Below are positions 26,748 to 33,923 of a stretch of DNA of 37,177 bases, piece by piece. A program made the position numbers and the translations under genes. The notes under the pieces were generated by a model. The model ran no database searches, was not told the DNA's origin, and was given only the letters and a program-made list of their open reading frames with translations. The first letter of the stretch is position 1. Every line of letters begins with the position of its first letter. Source of the stretch: a virus (lineage: Duplodnaviria; Caudoviricetes); the IMG/VR virus record IMGVR_UViG_3300043423_000010, positions 1 to 37,177 of that record; one strand, written 5' to 3'.

Positions 26748-26897
26748 TCAAAACCAGTTCCCTTGCGAGTCTTGCAAAACGTGTTTGCCGCACCGTGGAC
26801 AAATTCCATTAGATGAAGCGCCATCAAAGCCAATTTGTTTTGGCTGAAGATGCCAGTGGAGAACACCACAAAAAAAGTTGCGCATAAAGTTTTTCAT
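26748..26897 (-). CDS. Small Zn-ribbon-like protein (not in ORF track)
   Basis: MKNFMRNFFCGVLHWHLQPKQIGFDGASSNGICPRCGKHVLQDSQGNWF; ATGA overlap with the resolvase stop; GGGAG RBS. Confidence 0.6.
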   Translation of the reverse strand: MKNFMRNFFCGVLHWHLQPKQIGFDGASSNGICPRCGKHVLQDSQGNWF

Positions 26898-27361
26898 AAC
26901 TTACTCCCGTAATAAGCCATCATGGTTGCATCTGCTCTTCCAGAGTCTTTGACGCGAGCAAAGAAGTTTTGATCTTCTGGATGCAACTCCATGCAGCGAT
27001 GACGGATTGCGTCCTTGCCTTTGCCGCATTGCGTTGCCTTCATCCATGCTTGTGGCGTGACGAATGTGATTGGTACGCCATGTGCAGCTAATGCGCCTTC
27101 AATCAATCCAGCAGCACGACCAAACGCGAACATAGATGTCACGCCTTGGTTTGGCATTGCGCCGACCTTCTCAACGATTGCGTGAGTTGGATTCAATTCC
27201 TTGATGGCAGCAGCCACGCCTTGCGCAGAGATGTGGTTCTTCTTCTTGCCACCGCGAATAACCTCAACGCAAGGCATATCAATTACGCGCTCAAACTTGC
27301 CGTCAACGTACAGCGAGAACGCGCCTTGAGCGCCAATGTCAACACCCATGACGCGAATCAT
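26894..27361 (-). CDS. RuvC-like Holliday junction resolvase
   Basis: GVDIG, IVEKV, QGVTSMFAFG, VTPQAW and DSGRADA. Confidence 0.85.
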   Translation of the reverse strand: MIRVMGVDIGAQGAFSLYVDGKFERVIDMPCVEVIRGGKKKNHISAQGVAAAIKELNPTHAIVEKVGAMPNQGVTSMFAFGRAAGLIEGALAAHGVPITFVTPQAWMKATQCGKGKDAIRHRCMELHPEDQNFFARVKDSGRADATMMAYYGSKL

Positions 27362-27579
27362 TGTGGTTCTTTCGTCAGTTCGCTGATGCGAGTTGCAATA
27401 AGGCGATCAAGCGCAGCTTTGAGCTTGTCCACGGATGACACCAGTGGAACTGTCTTGCCTGAAATCCAGCGAGAGACTTGGGCTTGGTCTAAGCCAGCCT
27501 CACGGCTGACCTCTGCCATGTTGAAGCCAGCAGCCGCAGCTCGTTGCTTGATGTCTGTGATGTATGTAGATGTGTTCAT
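27358..27579 (-). CDS. Cro/XRE-family helix-turn-helix regulator
   Basis: MAEVSREAGLDQAQVSRWISGKTVP; first gene of the leftward arm. Confidence 0.85.
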   Translation of the reverse strand: MNTSTYITDIKQRAAAAGFNMAEVSREAGLDQAQVSRWISGKTVPLVSSVDKLKAALDRLIATRISELTKEPQ

Positions 27580-27620
27580 GTGCAGTATGTTAACATGAAC
27601 TTGACTATGTAATCACATAG
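27580..27620 (-). promoter_or_regulatory. Leftward promoter with operator-like palindromes
   Basis: TG-T-TAACAT ends 7 nt before the ATG; palindromes ATGTTAACAT (27587-27596) and CTATGT-AATC-ACATAG (27605-27620). Confidence 0.5.
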
Positions 27621-27622
27621 GC

Positions 27623-27714
27623 AAAAAGATGGGTGACAGCGAACCGCCACCCATTGAAAGGCAACTGCGCAGAGGAGAACCACGCAGCCAAGGCTGGAGA
27701 AACCGACCAGCCGA
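27623..27714 (-). ncRNA. Putative three-hairpin anti-Shine-Dalgarno small RNA
   Basis: TAAAAT -10 at 27725-27720; hairpins GGCUGG/CCAGCC and GCUGCG/CGCAGU (loop UUCUCCU); UUCG-capped terminator followed by U5. Confidence 0.7.
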
Positions 27715-27776
27715 CTATGATTTTAGGGATTTGTTGTTGAGATGTAACACTTTTACAAATAGTTTGAAGAAAGTGC

Positions 27777-27818
27777 TTGATGACTACCAAATCAAGTGTG
27801 ATATGATTCAGTCATCAA
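27777..27818 (+). promoter_or_regulatory. Rightward early promoter bracketed by an inverted repeat
   Basis: TG-A-TATGAT (27799-27807); TTGATGACT (27777-27785) and AGTCATCAA (27810-27818). Confidence 0.55.
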
Positions 27819-27843
27819 CAACCGAAGCTAAGGAGCAAACGAA

Positions 27844-28047
27844 ATGCGAGTAACCCATCTAAACAAAAGCGGCAGCGGCTTTACATCAAAGACAGCTTGC
27901 GGTCGCAACATTTTGCGCACACCTTTCTCAACTGATTGGGCAACATTCAAACAAGAGCCAGCTCAATACCGTTGCATCAAATGTGCAACAAGCAAACAGT
28001 TTGAAGTCAACACACGCAGTGACGCTAAGAATCAAATCAGCAACTAA
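27844..28047 (+). CDS. Early hypothetical protein (H..C..CxxC, possible Zn binding)
   Basis: AAGGAG RBS; TACG and CIKC motifs. Confidence 0.7.
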   Translation: MRVTHLNKSGSGFTSKTACGRNILRTPFSTDWATFKQEPAQYRCIKCATSKQFEVNTRSDAKNQISN

Positions 28048-28057
28048 GGAGAACCAC

Positions 28058-28258
28058 ATGAAACTCAACGACACAACCCGCTGCTTTCCACACACGATGG
28101 AAGAAGCCTTTGGCACAAACCATTACGACTTAGAACGCCGCCAGCGTTGGGAATGGATGGAAGGCCATCAGTCTGATGCTTCCGCTCAAGCAGAGTTCTG
28201 GGTCTACATTGCCTGTGCCTTTGCTGCTGGTTTCTTGGTTTCACATCTTTGGGGTTAA
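28058..28258 (+). CDS. Early hypothetical protein with C-terminal TM
   Basis: AAGGAGAACCAC-ATG; MKLNDTTRCFPHTMEEAFG. Confidence 0.7.
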   Translation: MKLNDTTRCFPHTMEEAFGTNHYDLERRQRWEWMEGHQSDASAQAEFWVYIACAFAAGFLVSHLWG

Positions 28259-28260
28259 AC

Positions 28261-28443
28261 ATGAGCAGCGTCAAAGCAGTAACACAAGACATCAAATTTG
28301 TCGTAAAAGTTGCATCCTTTAGACCATTGCAAACAGAAGTTTTGCTCAATGTATTTAGCAAATGGATTGAGCAGCAAGGTAAAGATCAAAACTTTTTAGT
28401 GTGGAGTGTCAGCATTGAAGGCGCAACACAAGAATACAACTAA
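28261..28443 (+). CDS. Hypothetical protein
   Basis: Tightly packed ORF of 60 aa. Confidence 0.55.
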   Translation: MSSVKAVTQDIKFVVKVASFRPLQTEVLLNVFSKWIEQQGKDQNFLVWSVSIEGATQEYN

Positions 28444-28676
28444 TGCTTTTTGAGGAAGAACAATTTATGTCCGAGCAACTACAAAACGATATTGACGACA
28501 TCGTGACCGACTTCATTCGCCGCTCTGGTGGCAAGGTTGGAATGATTCGTCCTGATGAATTAGCCACCATGATTCGTGAAGCAGCCAGCCGTGGCGCAAT
28601 GGCTGGATGGCTTGGTGGTGTGAAGCAGGAGCGTGAACACTCACGGGCCACCAAGAACAAGGAGCAGAAGCTGTGA
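28443..28676 (+). CDS. Hypothetical protein
   Basis: Packed ORF; alternative start MSEQ behind GAGGA. Confidence 0.6.
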   Translation: MLFEEEQFMSEQLQNDIDDIVTDFIRRSGGKVGMIRPDELATMIREAASRGAMAGWLGGVKQEREHSRATKNKEQKL

Positions 28677-28963
28677 GCAATTTTGAAATGCAAACGCCAC
28701 CAAATATGCTTGAATTTCGCCACACAAGCGTTGCTAATGAATGGGTGATGCGTATTACGGCAGACAAGCGAATTGAAGTCAATGAAGATGTTGAAGTGAC
28801 TGAGGCTGCTAAGAAAGTCTTGGAGGCTATGCAGCATATGTTGACACCACAACGCACATGGATTGGGCTGACTGAGAAAGAAATGAAATTGATTGACCCT
28901 GATGGTTACGAAGATGGTTTGCCTCAACAAATCGAAGCAGCACTCAAGGATAAGAACACATGA
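28673..28963 (+). CDS. Hypothetical protein with C-terminal WxGLT...IEAxLKxKN module
   Basis: GTGA overlap, AAGGAG RBS; shared module. Confidence 0.7.
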   Translation: MSNFEMQTPPNMLEFRHTSVANEWVMRITADKRIEVNEDVEVTEAAKKVLEAMQHMLTPQRTWIGLTEKEMKLIDPDGYEDGLPQQIEAALKDKNT

Positions 28964-29148
28964 AAAACAGAGTACAAGCCCTGCTGATGGCGCGTGAGCT
29001 GGAAGCCTACCAAGCTGAAGGACCATCAAAGATTGCAACCATGCTGTGCGATTTGGTCAAGCAGCTTGAGATTTATGAACAAGAAGTTGATTCACTGCGC
29101 GAGCGAGTGAAAGCTCTTGAGCTTGACATCATGGAGCAGCAGCAGTGA
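28960..29148 (+). CDS. Hypothetical coiled-coil protein
   Basis: ATGA overlap, AAGGA RBS. Confidence 0.65.
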   Translation: MKNRVQALLMARELEAYQAEGPSKIATMLCDLVKQLEIYEQEVDSLRERVKALELDIMEQQQ

Positions 29149-29621
29149 GCAAACCACGCAAGAAGTACAAGCCAAAAGGCGTTCGCCTTGACGCTGTTCA
29201 ATGGGTCATCAATGGTTTCAGGAATATCAGCGAGACAGGTGATGCAATCCTGCACTTGAAGATCAAGAACCATGAGTCATTGGAGTGTCTGCGCAAGGGT
29301 GAAGCCACGCGCATTGACATTGACACCATCATCAGCGCGTTCAACATTGCAGAAGCTCTGGCACGTATGCAGATTGGTGATGACTACGCCAAGGAGATCA
29401 AGGCTGGTCAGGATGCTTTGCTTGACGTTGCCAAACGTGGCGTTGGACGTGATGACAAGTTCATCTTGAAGGCTGCTGAGTTGACTGCCATCAACTTGGT
29501 TATGGAGATACATGACGCGCAGCTAGAGATCACAACCATTGGCGAGCTTGAGAAGGCAATGGATATTGTCACCAAGGAAATCAAAGCGCGTAAGGCGCGT
29601 TCAGTATTGGAGAAGGTATGA
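29145..29621 (+). CDS. Hypothetical protein
   Basis: 158 aa, basic N-terminus KPRKKYKPK; GTGA overlap. Confidence 0.75.
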   Translation: MSKPRKKYKPKGVRLDAVQWVINGFRNISETGDAILHLKIKNHESLECLRKGEATRIDIDTIISAFNIAEALARMQIGDDYAKEIKAGQDALLDVAKRGVGRDDKFILKAAELTAINLVMEIHDAQLEITTIGELEKAMDIVTKEIKARKARSVLEKV

Positions 29622-29818
29622 ACAAACCACAAAACTGCGGAACGTCACATTGCTCTTGCATTGAGTGCGTGATGGAAGATGAAATAGAAGAAGATGAAGA
29701 CGAAATATGCTCATGGTGCAGTGGTTCTGGTGAAGGAATGTATGACGGTGCAACTTGCGCTAAATGCAAAGGATATGGCATTGAGCCAGTAGAAAAAGAG
29801 GATGACGATTATGAGTAA
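29618..29818 (+). CDS. Small DnaJ-type Zn-finger protein
   Basis: Two CxxCxGxG repeats (CSWCSGSG, CAKCKGYG) plus an N-terminal Cys cluster. Confidence 0.7.
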   Translation: MNKPQNCGTSHCSCIECVMEDEIEEDEDEICSWCSGSGEGMYDGATCAKCKGYGIEPVEKEDDDYE

Positions 29819-29915
29819 CTGGCCTTTTAACTTTCCACCAGTACCATGGACAAAAGCACAAGAACAAGCGTATCAACAAGCGCAACGCGCACAACTGCCA
29901 GAGGCTCCGCTATGA
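29811..29915 (+). CDS. Small hypothetical protein (not in ORF track)
   Basis: MSNWPFNFPPVPWTKAQEQAYQQAQRAQLPEAPL; GAGGA RBS; ATGA overlap with the next gene. Confidence 0.55.
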   Translation: MSNWPFNFPPVPWTKAQEQAYQQAQRAQLPEAPL

Positions 29916-30043
29916 AACCAATTATTTTTTCTTTGATTCTTATTTGCATGGGGTTTGCTGCCGTTTATTTTGGGCGCGATCCTGCTGTGTGGTTTGCATC
30001 ATCTCTTGTCGTAAACGCTTTGGCTAGAAAGGATGAGCAATGA
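29912..30043 (+). CDS. Small membrane protein
   Basis: MKPIIFSLILICMGFAAVYFG...; GAGG RBS. Confidence 0.55.
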   Translation: MKPIIFSLILICMGFAAVYFGRDPAVWFASSLVVNALARKDEQ

Positions 30044-30282
30044 ACATTTATTTAAGCAAAGAAGATATGTTGCAAGACATGGTTCAAAAGTTAAGCACGA
30101 TATGGATTGTGCGTAAGCATCCACCACATCCGTACAGTGGCTATATGCGTGGTCATCACACAGAGGCTTTCACGATTCACAAGATTTATCACAATCTTGC
30201 AGAGGCAAAAGCAGAAGCAGAAAAAAGAAACAAGAAATCATCTTATCTTTTTACTGTAAAACGAATTTATCTTGGTGGTTGA
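30040..30282 (+). CDS. Hypothetical protein
   Basis: ATGA overlap, AAGGA RBS. Confidence 0.6.
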   Translation: MNIYLSKEDMLQDMVQKLSTIWIVRKHPPHPYSGYMRGHHTEAFTIHKIYHNLAEAKAEAEKRNKKSSYLFTVKRIYLGG

Positions 30283-30283
30283 T

Positions 30284-31177
30284 ATGAGTAAAGAAGCAAT
30301 GAAGCTGGCGCTTGAGGCGTTAAACAATGCAACAAGCTATGGTTCACTTACTGGGGCGGATTGGGTATTTAAACAAGTAGACGAAGCCATCAAAGCCCTA
30401 GAAGAAGCACTAGCCAAGCAAGAGCAGGGTGAGCTTGTGGCGATGGCGCAGGTTTACCGCTGCAAGATCAAATCACGCAAGAAAATCGACCGAGAAATTC
30501 CACGCGAAAAACAAGGCTGGTGGGCTGACATATCGGCTGGACAATTGATTCGTTTGCGAGAAGCAACGCAAGCTGACGTTGACCGTTGCACATTAAACGG
30601 TGCGCATAGCAAAGACCCCGCAGACTATATGTGCGAGACACACACCAACGGGTCTCTGGTGTCTAAGGTTGCGCTTGAATACATGAACCCAGAGCAGAAT
30701 GTATTTGCATCCACCACACCGCAACCAAAGCAAGAGCAGGGTGAGCCTGTGGCGGTAATGGAACTTCATAAAAGTGGATGGGATTTGGTTGAAGACATTG
30801 ATACAGACTGGCTTGAGACATTGCCGTTTGGAACCAAGCTCTACACCAGACCACAACCAAAGCAAGAGCAGCGCAGCGTTAGAGCGATAGCAGACAGCGA
30901 GCAACTGGGTGAGCCTGTGGCGTATATGTACCCAGATGATTTGGAACGTATGCAGACCAGTGAATCTTTTTGCACTGTTTTTTCTGTAAAAGTTGGAAGT
31001 CCAGATAAAGGCTTATCAACGGTTGAACTTTACACCACACCACAACAACGCACATGGGTTGGGCTGACGGAGGAGGAACTGCGTCAAATTTGGTATGACG
31101 ATGCGCCCGTTGAAGGTGGCACGTATGTTGACAAACTACGCCAAGTTGAAGCCAAACTCAAGGAGAAGAACACATGA
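30284..31177 (+). CDS. Modular accessory protein (repeated QEQGEPVA...TTPQ cassettes)
   Basis: Three internal repeat-bounded segments plus a terminal WVGLT...VEAKLKEKNT module. Confidence 0.75.
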   Translation: MSKEAMKLALEALNNATSYGSLTGADWVFKQVDEAIKALEEALAKQEQGELVAMAQVYRCKIKSRKKIDREIPREKQGWWADISAGQLIRLREATQADVDRCTLNGAHSKDPADYMCETHTNGSLVSKVALEYMNPEQNVFASTTPQPKQEQGEPVAVMELHKSGWDLVEDIDTDWLETLPFGTKLYTRPQPKQEQRSVRAIADSEQLGEPVAYMYPDDLERMQTSESFCTVFSVKVGSPDKGLSTVELYTTPQQRTWVGLTEEELRQIWYDDAPVEGGTYVDKLRQVEAKLKEKNT

Positions 31178-31353
31178 AAACAGTTCTAGCACCCAACGCA
31201 CCGTGGCCTACAACAACAAAAGAAAAACCAAAAGCTGTTGCTAGGAAGCGTGTGCTTCCACCACCAAAGAACGCAAGCAAACAGAAAAAGACCGATGCAA
31301 TGTTTGAGGAATGGGCATCAAAGAACAAGGGGACAATAAATGAAATACATTGA
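31174..31353 (+). CDS. Small basic hypothetical protein (not in ORF track)
   Basis: MKTVLAPNAPWPTTTKEKPK... (59 aa); AAGGAG RBS; ATGA overlap. Confidence 0.6.
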   Translation: MKTVLAPNAPWPTTTKEKPKAVARKRVLPPPKNASKQKKTDAMFEEWASKNKGTINEIH

Positions 31354-31525
31354 TCTGATTGCATACCCAATCATGTTGGCAGTTGTTTACGTGCTGTTTG
31401 GATTTGTGAACTGGAACAAAGACCCAGAGTTGTGGCCTTACATTGACAGATGGCTTTGGATTATTTGGGGTCTAGCATGGGGCTTTACCTTGCAATTACG
31501 AATCAACAAGAAACCTACACCATGA
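31340..31525 (+). CDS. Two-TM small membrane protein
   Basis: Two hydrophobic helices; AAGGGG RBS. Confidence 0.6.
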   Translation: MKYIDLIAYPIMLAVVYVLFGFVNWNKDPELWPYIDRWLWIIWGLAWGFTLQLRINKKPTP

Positions 31526-31665
31526 ATGACTTTGCAACTGAAGACATCTCAAACATCGCCTTGCTTTGCTTCTTGCTTGGAATTGGCTTCATCACTTTCA
31601 TTGGTGTAGCGGCAATCTACATCACATCACTTTTTTTAATGGAATCATTCAATGACCGCGACTAA
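31522..31665 (+). CDS. Small membrane protein
   Basis: MNDFATEDISNIALLCFLLGIGFITFIGVAAIYI; ATGA overlap. Confidence 0.55.
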   Translation: MNDFATEDISNIALLCFLLGIGFITFIGVAAIYITSLFLMESFNDRD

Positions 31666-31978
31666 AGAACTCATCAACTGTTTTCATCCTGACTACGTGA
31701 AGACGTACATGAAGGACTTTACAGCCAGCATCATGGTGCAGAACAAACACAAGAAGTCTTCACAGATGATGGCTGAATATACTGAGGAGCTGCGCAAAAC
31801 GAATCCAGCTCTTGGCACAATTCACCACATGGTCAAACCGCTTCACGTCAACCGAGCGCCTGAGATGATGCGTCCTAAGAAGACCACCAAGCAGCGTGTT
31901 GACCTAGCACCCAAAGAGTTCAAGATTTTTAGTAGAGCTGGCACTGCCAACGTAACCACGAAAGGAAAGAAAAAATGA
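31652..31978 (+). CDS. Hypothetical protein
   Basis: 108 aa, INCFHPDYVK. Confidence 0.65.
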   Translation: MTATKELINCFHPDYVKTYMKDFTASIMVQNKHKKSSQMMAEYTEELRKTNPALGTIHHMVKPLHVNRAPEMMRPKKTTKQRVDLAPKEFKIFSRAGTANVTTKGKKK

Positions 31979-32277
31979 GTTATTCAGCAACAGAGATGAA
32001 TGTAATTGTTTGGGGAACCAAGCGTGGAATCATTCAAAACAGCACATCACTAGCGCAAGCAAACAAGACACAGGAAGAACTCAATGAGTTGTTTCAAGCC
32101 ATCCACAGCAAAGACAAAGCTGCAATGGCTGATGCCTATGGCGACATCCTAGTCACGCTGGTGATGGGCGCTGCCATTGCTGACCTTGATATGCAGACTT
32201 GCTTCGAGCTGGCGTATCAAGAGATCAAGGACCGCACTGGCTCTTTGAACGCTGATGGCATTTGGGTGAAAGATTGA
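31975..32277 (+). CDS. MazG-like nucleotide pyrophosphohydrolase
   Basis: KTQEELNEL...DAYGDILVTL...AYQEIKDRTG. Confidence 0.85.
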   Translation: MSYSATEMNVIVWGTKRGIIQNSTSLAQANKTQEELNELFQAIHSKDKAAMADAYGDILVTLVMGAAIADLDMQTCFELAYQEIKDRTGSLNADGIWVKD

Positions 32278-32280
32278 GTC

Positions 32281-32520
32281 ATGTGGTCACCTAAGTTTGT
32301 TGAATTGCGTGACGCTAATGGCAAGCTAACGCAAAAAACTGTGCAGTACACAGAAGATGGCCCAATTGAAATTCTTTATCCAGTACCAGAATCAACATGG
32401 ATTGATTTAACTGATGATGAAGTTTTGAAATTGGTTGAAGACAATGATTGGTATAACTGGCCTGAAGACTTTGTAAAGATCGTTGAAAAAGCTGTAAAGG
32501 TAAAAAACAATGTTCTTTAA
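32281..32520 (+). CDS. Hypothetical protein with degenerate WxxLT...VEKAVKxKN module
   Basis: STWIDLTDDE...IVEKAVKVKNN. Confidence 0.6.
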   Translation: MWSPKFVELRDANGKLTQKTVQYTEDGPIEILYPVPESTWIDLTDDEVLKLVEDNDWYNWPEDFVKIVEKAVKVKNNVL

Positions 32521-32815
32521 GTTAAAGCGTTCAGACTCAATGAAGTTTGACTCAAGGTTTAAAGTCATCCATCTTCGTTGGTGGCATAAGCCTGTGCCTC
32601 TTTACGATAAAACTGAAACAGACGGTTATCGCAAAATTGGTTGGGTATGGAATCAGAAGGCGTATTTGGTAGACAACATGACGGATGGCTGGGTTGCTTT
32701 TGTGAATGACCAGACACCTGAAAAGATTGATGCTTGGTGGTGTAGCTGCTGCGGCACAGCACTTGATGGCGTAACAAAACAACGCATAGAAAAGTCGTTA
32801 AAGGAGAAAGCATGA
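32510..32815 (+). CDS. Hypothetical Trp-rich protein
   Basis: 101 aa, CSCCG, ends IEKSLKEKA. Confidence 0.6.
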   Translation: MFFKLKRSDSMKFDSRFKVIHLRWWHKPVPLYDKTETDGYRKIGWVWNQKAYLVDNMTDGWVAFVNDQTPEKIDAWWCSCCGTALDGVTKQRIEKSLKEKA

Positions 32816-33150
32816 CACACATTCCACTTTTTGAAGTCATGAGCAACGCGCTTGAGTTATACGAATTTGACCAAAGCGCAGAAAATCACGGCGCACTAAT
32901 GCAAGCTGTTCACAATTATGTGAAGGACAAAGAGAAGCCAGATGACGGCTACTGCAAAGCGTGTGATGGTGATTTCTGTACTGCAAAAAAAGGCTGTGTT
33001 GCACGTGATAACCCTCCATACGTACGTGAATGGATTGGATTAACGGATCAAGAATATCGTCAACTTCATGCTCAAAATGGAGACGGTTATTTTTACCAAG
33101 ATTACGGCAGAGACATCGAGGCCAAACTTAAGGAGAAAAATCATGGGTAA
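32812..33150 (+). CDS. Hypothetical protein with Cys cluster and WIGLT...IEAKLKEKN module
   Basis: CKACDGDFCTAKKGC; AAGGAG RBS. Confidence 0.7.
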   Translation: MTHIPLFEVMSNALELYEFDQSAENHGALMQAVHNYVKDKEKPDDGYCKACDGDFCTAKKGCVARDNPPYVREWIGLTDQEYRQLHAQNGDGYFYQDYGRDIEAKLKEKNHG

Positions 33151-33280
33151 AGGAAGTACAGCGCGTCCTATTCCTGACCGCAAAACATTTGAAGCAAACT
33201 TTGATGCAATTTTTGGCAAGAAAGAAAAGAAGCCAGAACAAAAACCAGAAGAAAAGAAAGAGGAGAAAAAACCAAAATGA
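33143..33280 (+). CDS. Small basic hypothetical protein
   Basis: MGKGSTARPIPDRKTFEANFDAIFGKK; AAGGAG RBS. Confidence 0.65.
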   Translation: MGKGSTARPIPDRKTFEANFDAIFGKKEKKPEQKPEEKKEEKKPK

Positions 33281-33549
33281 CAGACATCAATGAAACATTG
33301 GCGCAGCGTGAGCAGACGCACGGTAGCTTTGAAAGCCATGCGCGTATTGCGCAAAGCATTAAGTGCCAGATGTTCAATGCTCACGGTTACGTCAATCTAA
33401 GTGCAATGCAACGTGAAGCGTTAGATATGATTGCTCACAAGATTGCTCGCATCTTGAACGGAAATCCTAATGTGCATGACCACTGGCATGACATTGCTGG
33501 ATATGCAACTTTGGTGGCTGAACAGTGCGTTGAGAAAGAGCGTGAATGA
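33277..33549 (+). CDS. DUF6378-like protein
   Basis: TLAQREQTHGSF...REALDMIAHKIARILNGNP..DHWHDIAGYATLV. Confidence 0.75.
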   Translation: MTDINETLAQREQTHGSFESHARIAQSIKCQMFNAHGYVNLSAMQREALDMIAHKIARILNGNPNVHDHWHDIAGYATLVAEQCVEKERE

Positions 33550-33923
33550 AGTCAGTTCAGCGTCCAAGACTCATCAAAGCAATCATGGACAAACCTTTGA
33601 CGGCTACCGAAGTGTCAAAGGTTATTCATTGCCACGTGCGTCACGCAAGAGCAATCTTGCATGAGCTTTACAAGAATGGCAACGTGTTCATTCAAGAGTG
33701 GCATCCTGCTGAGTACCGCGACATTCCTACTGCTGCTTACCGTTATGGCATTGGCTCTGATGCCGTCAAGCCAAAGCCTATGACGAGTACGCAACGCGTC
33801 CAGAAGATGCGCGAGAAGGAAGACGTGGAGAAGAAGGCGTTTCGTTTAGCACGTGAACGCCAGCTTCACAGAAAGATCAAACGCGACCCGTTGACGGCTG
33901 CGTTCTTTGGGTCAGCGTCCTAG
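33546..33923 (+). CDS. Winged-helix-like DNA-binding protein
   Basis: LTATEVSKVIHCHVRHARAILHELY HTH; basic C-terminus. Confidence 0.55.
   Translation: MKSVQRPRLIKAIMDKPLTATEVSKVIHCHVRHARAILHELYKNGNVFIQEWHPAEYRDIPTAAYRYGIGSDAVKPKPMTSTQRVQKMREKEDVEKKAFRLARERQLHRKIKRDPLTAAFFGSAS

Noticed and set aside
26894-27361. RNA-guided RuvC nuclease (TnpB/Cas12/Tas) partnered with the nearby sRNA
   Set aside because: 155 aa with contiguous resolvase motifs; no Zn finger, REC/WED or Nop RNA-binding domain visible.
27660-27712. Plus-strand CsrA/RsmA sponge (GGA motifs in hairpins)
   Set aside because: G-U wobbles, UUCG loop, U-tract and -10 box all indicate the minus strand; only two GGA sites.
27629-27853. 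74-aa plus-strand ORF across the control region
   Set aside because: No SD, overlaps promoters and the sRNA, and no recognisable protein features.
28409-29038. 209-aa minus-strand ORF and other antisense ORFs in the track
   Set aside because: Shadow frames of well-supported opposite-strand genes, with atypical composition and no RBS.
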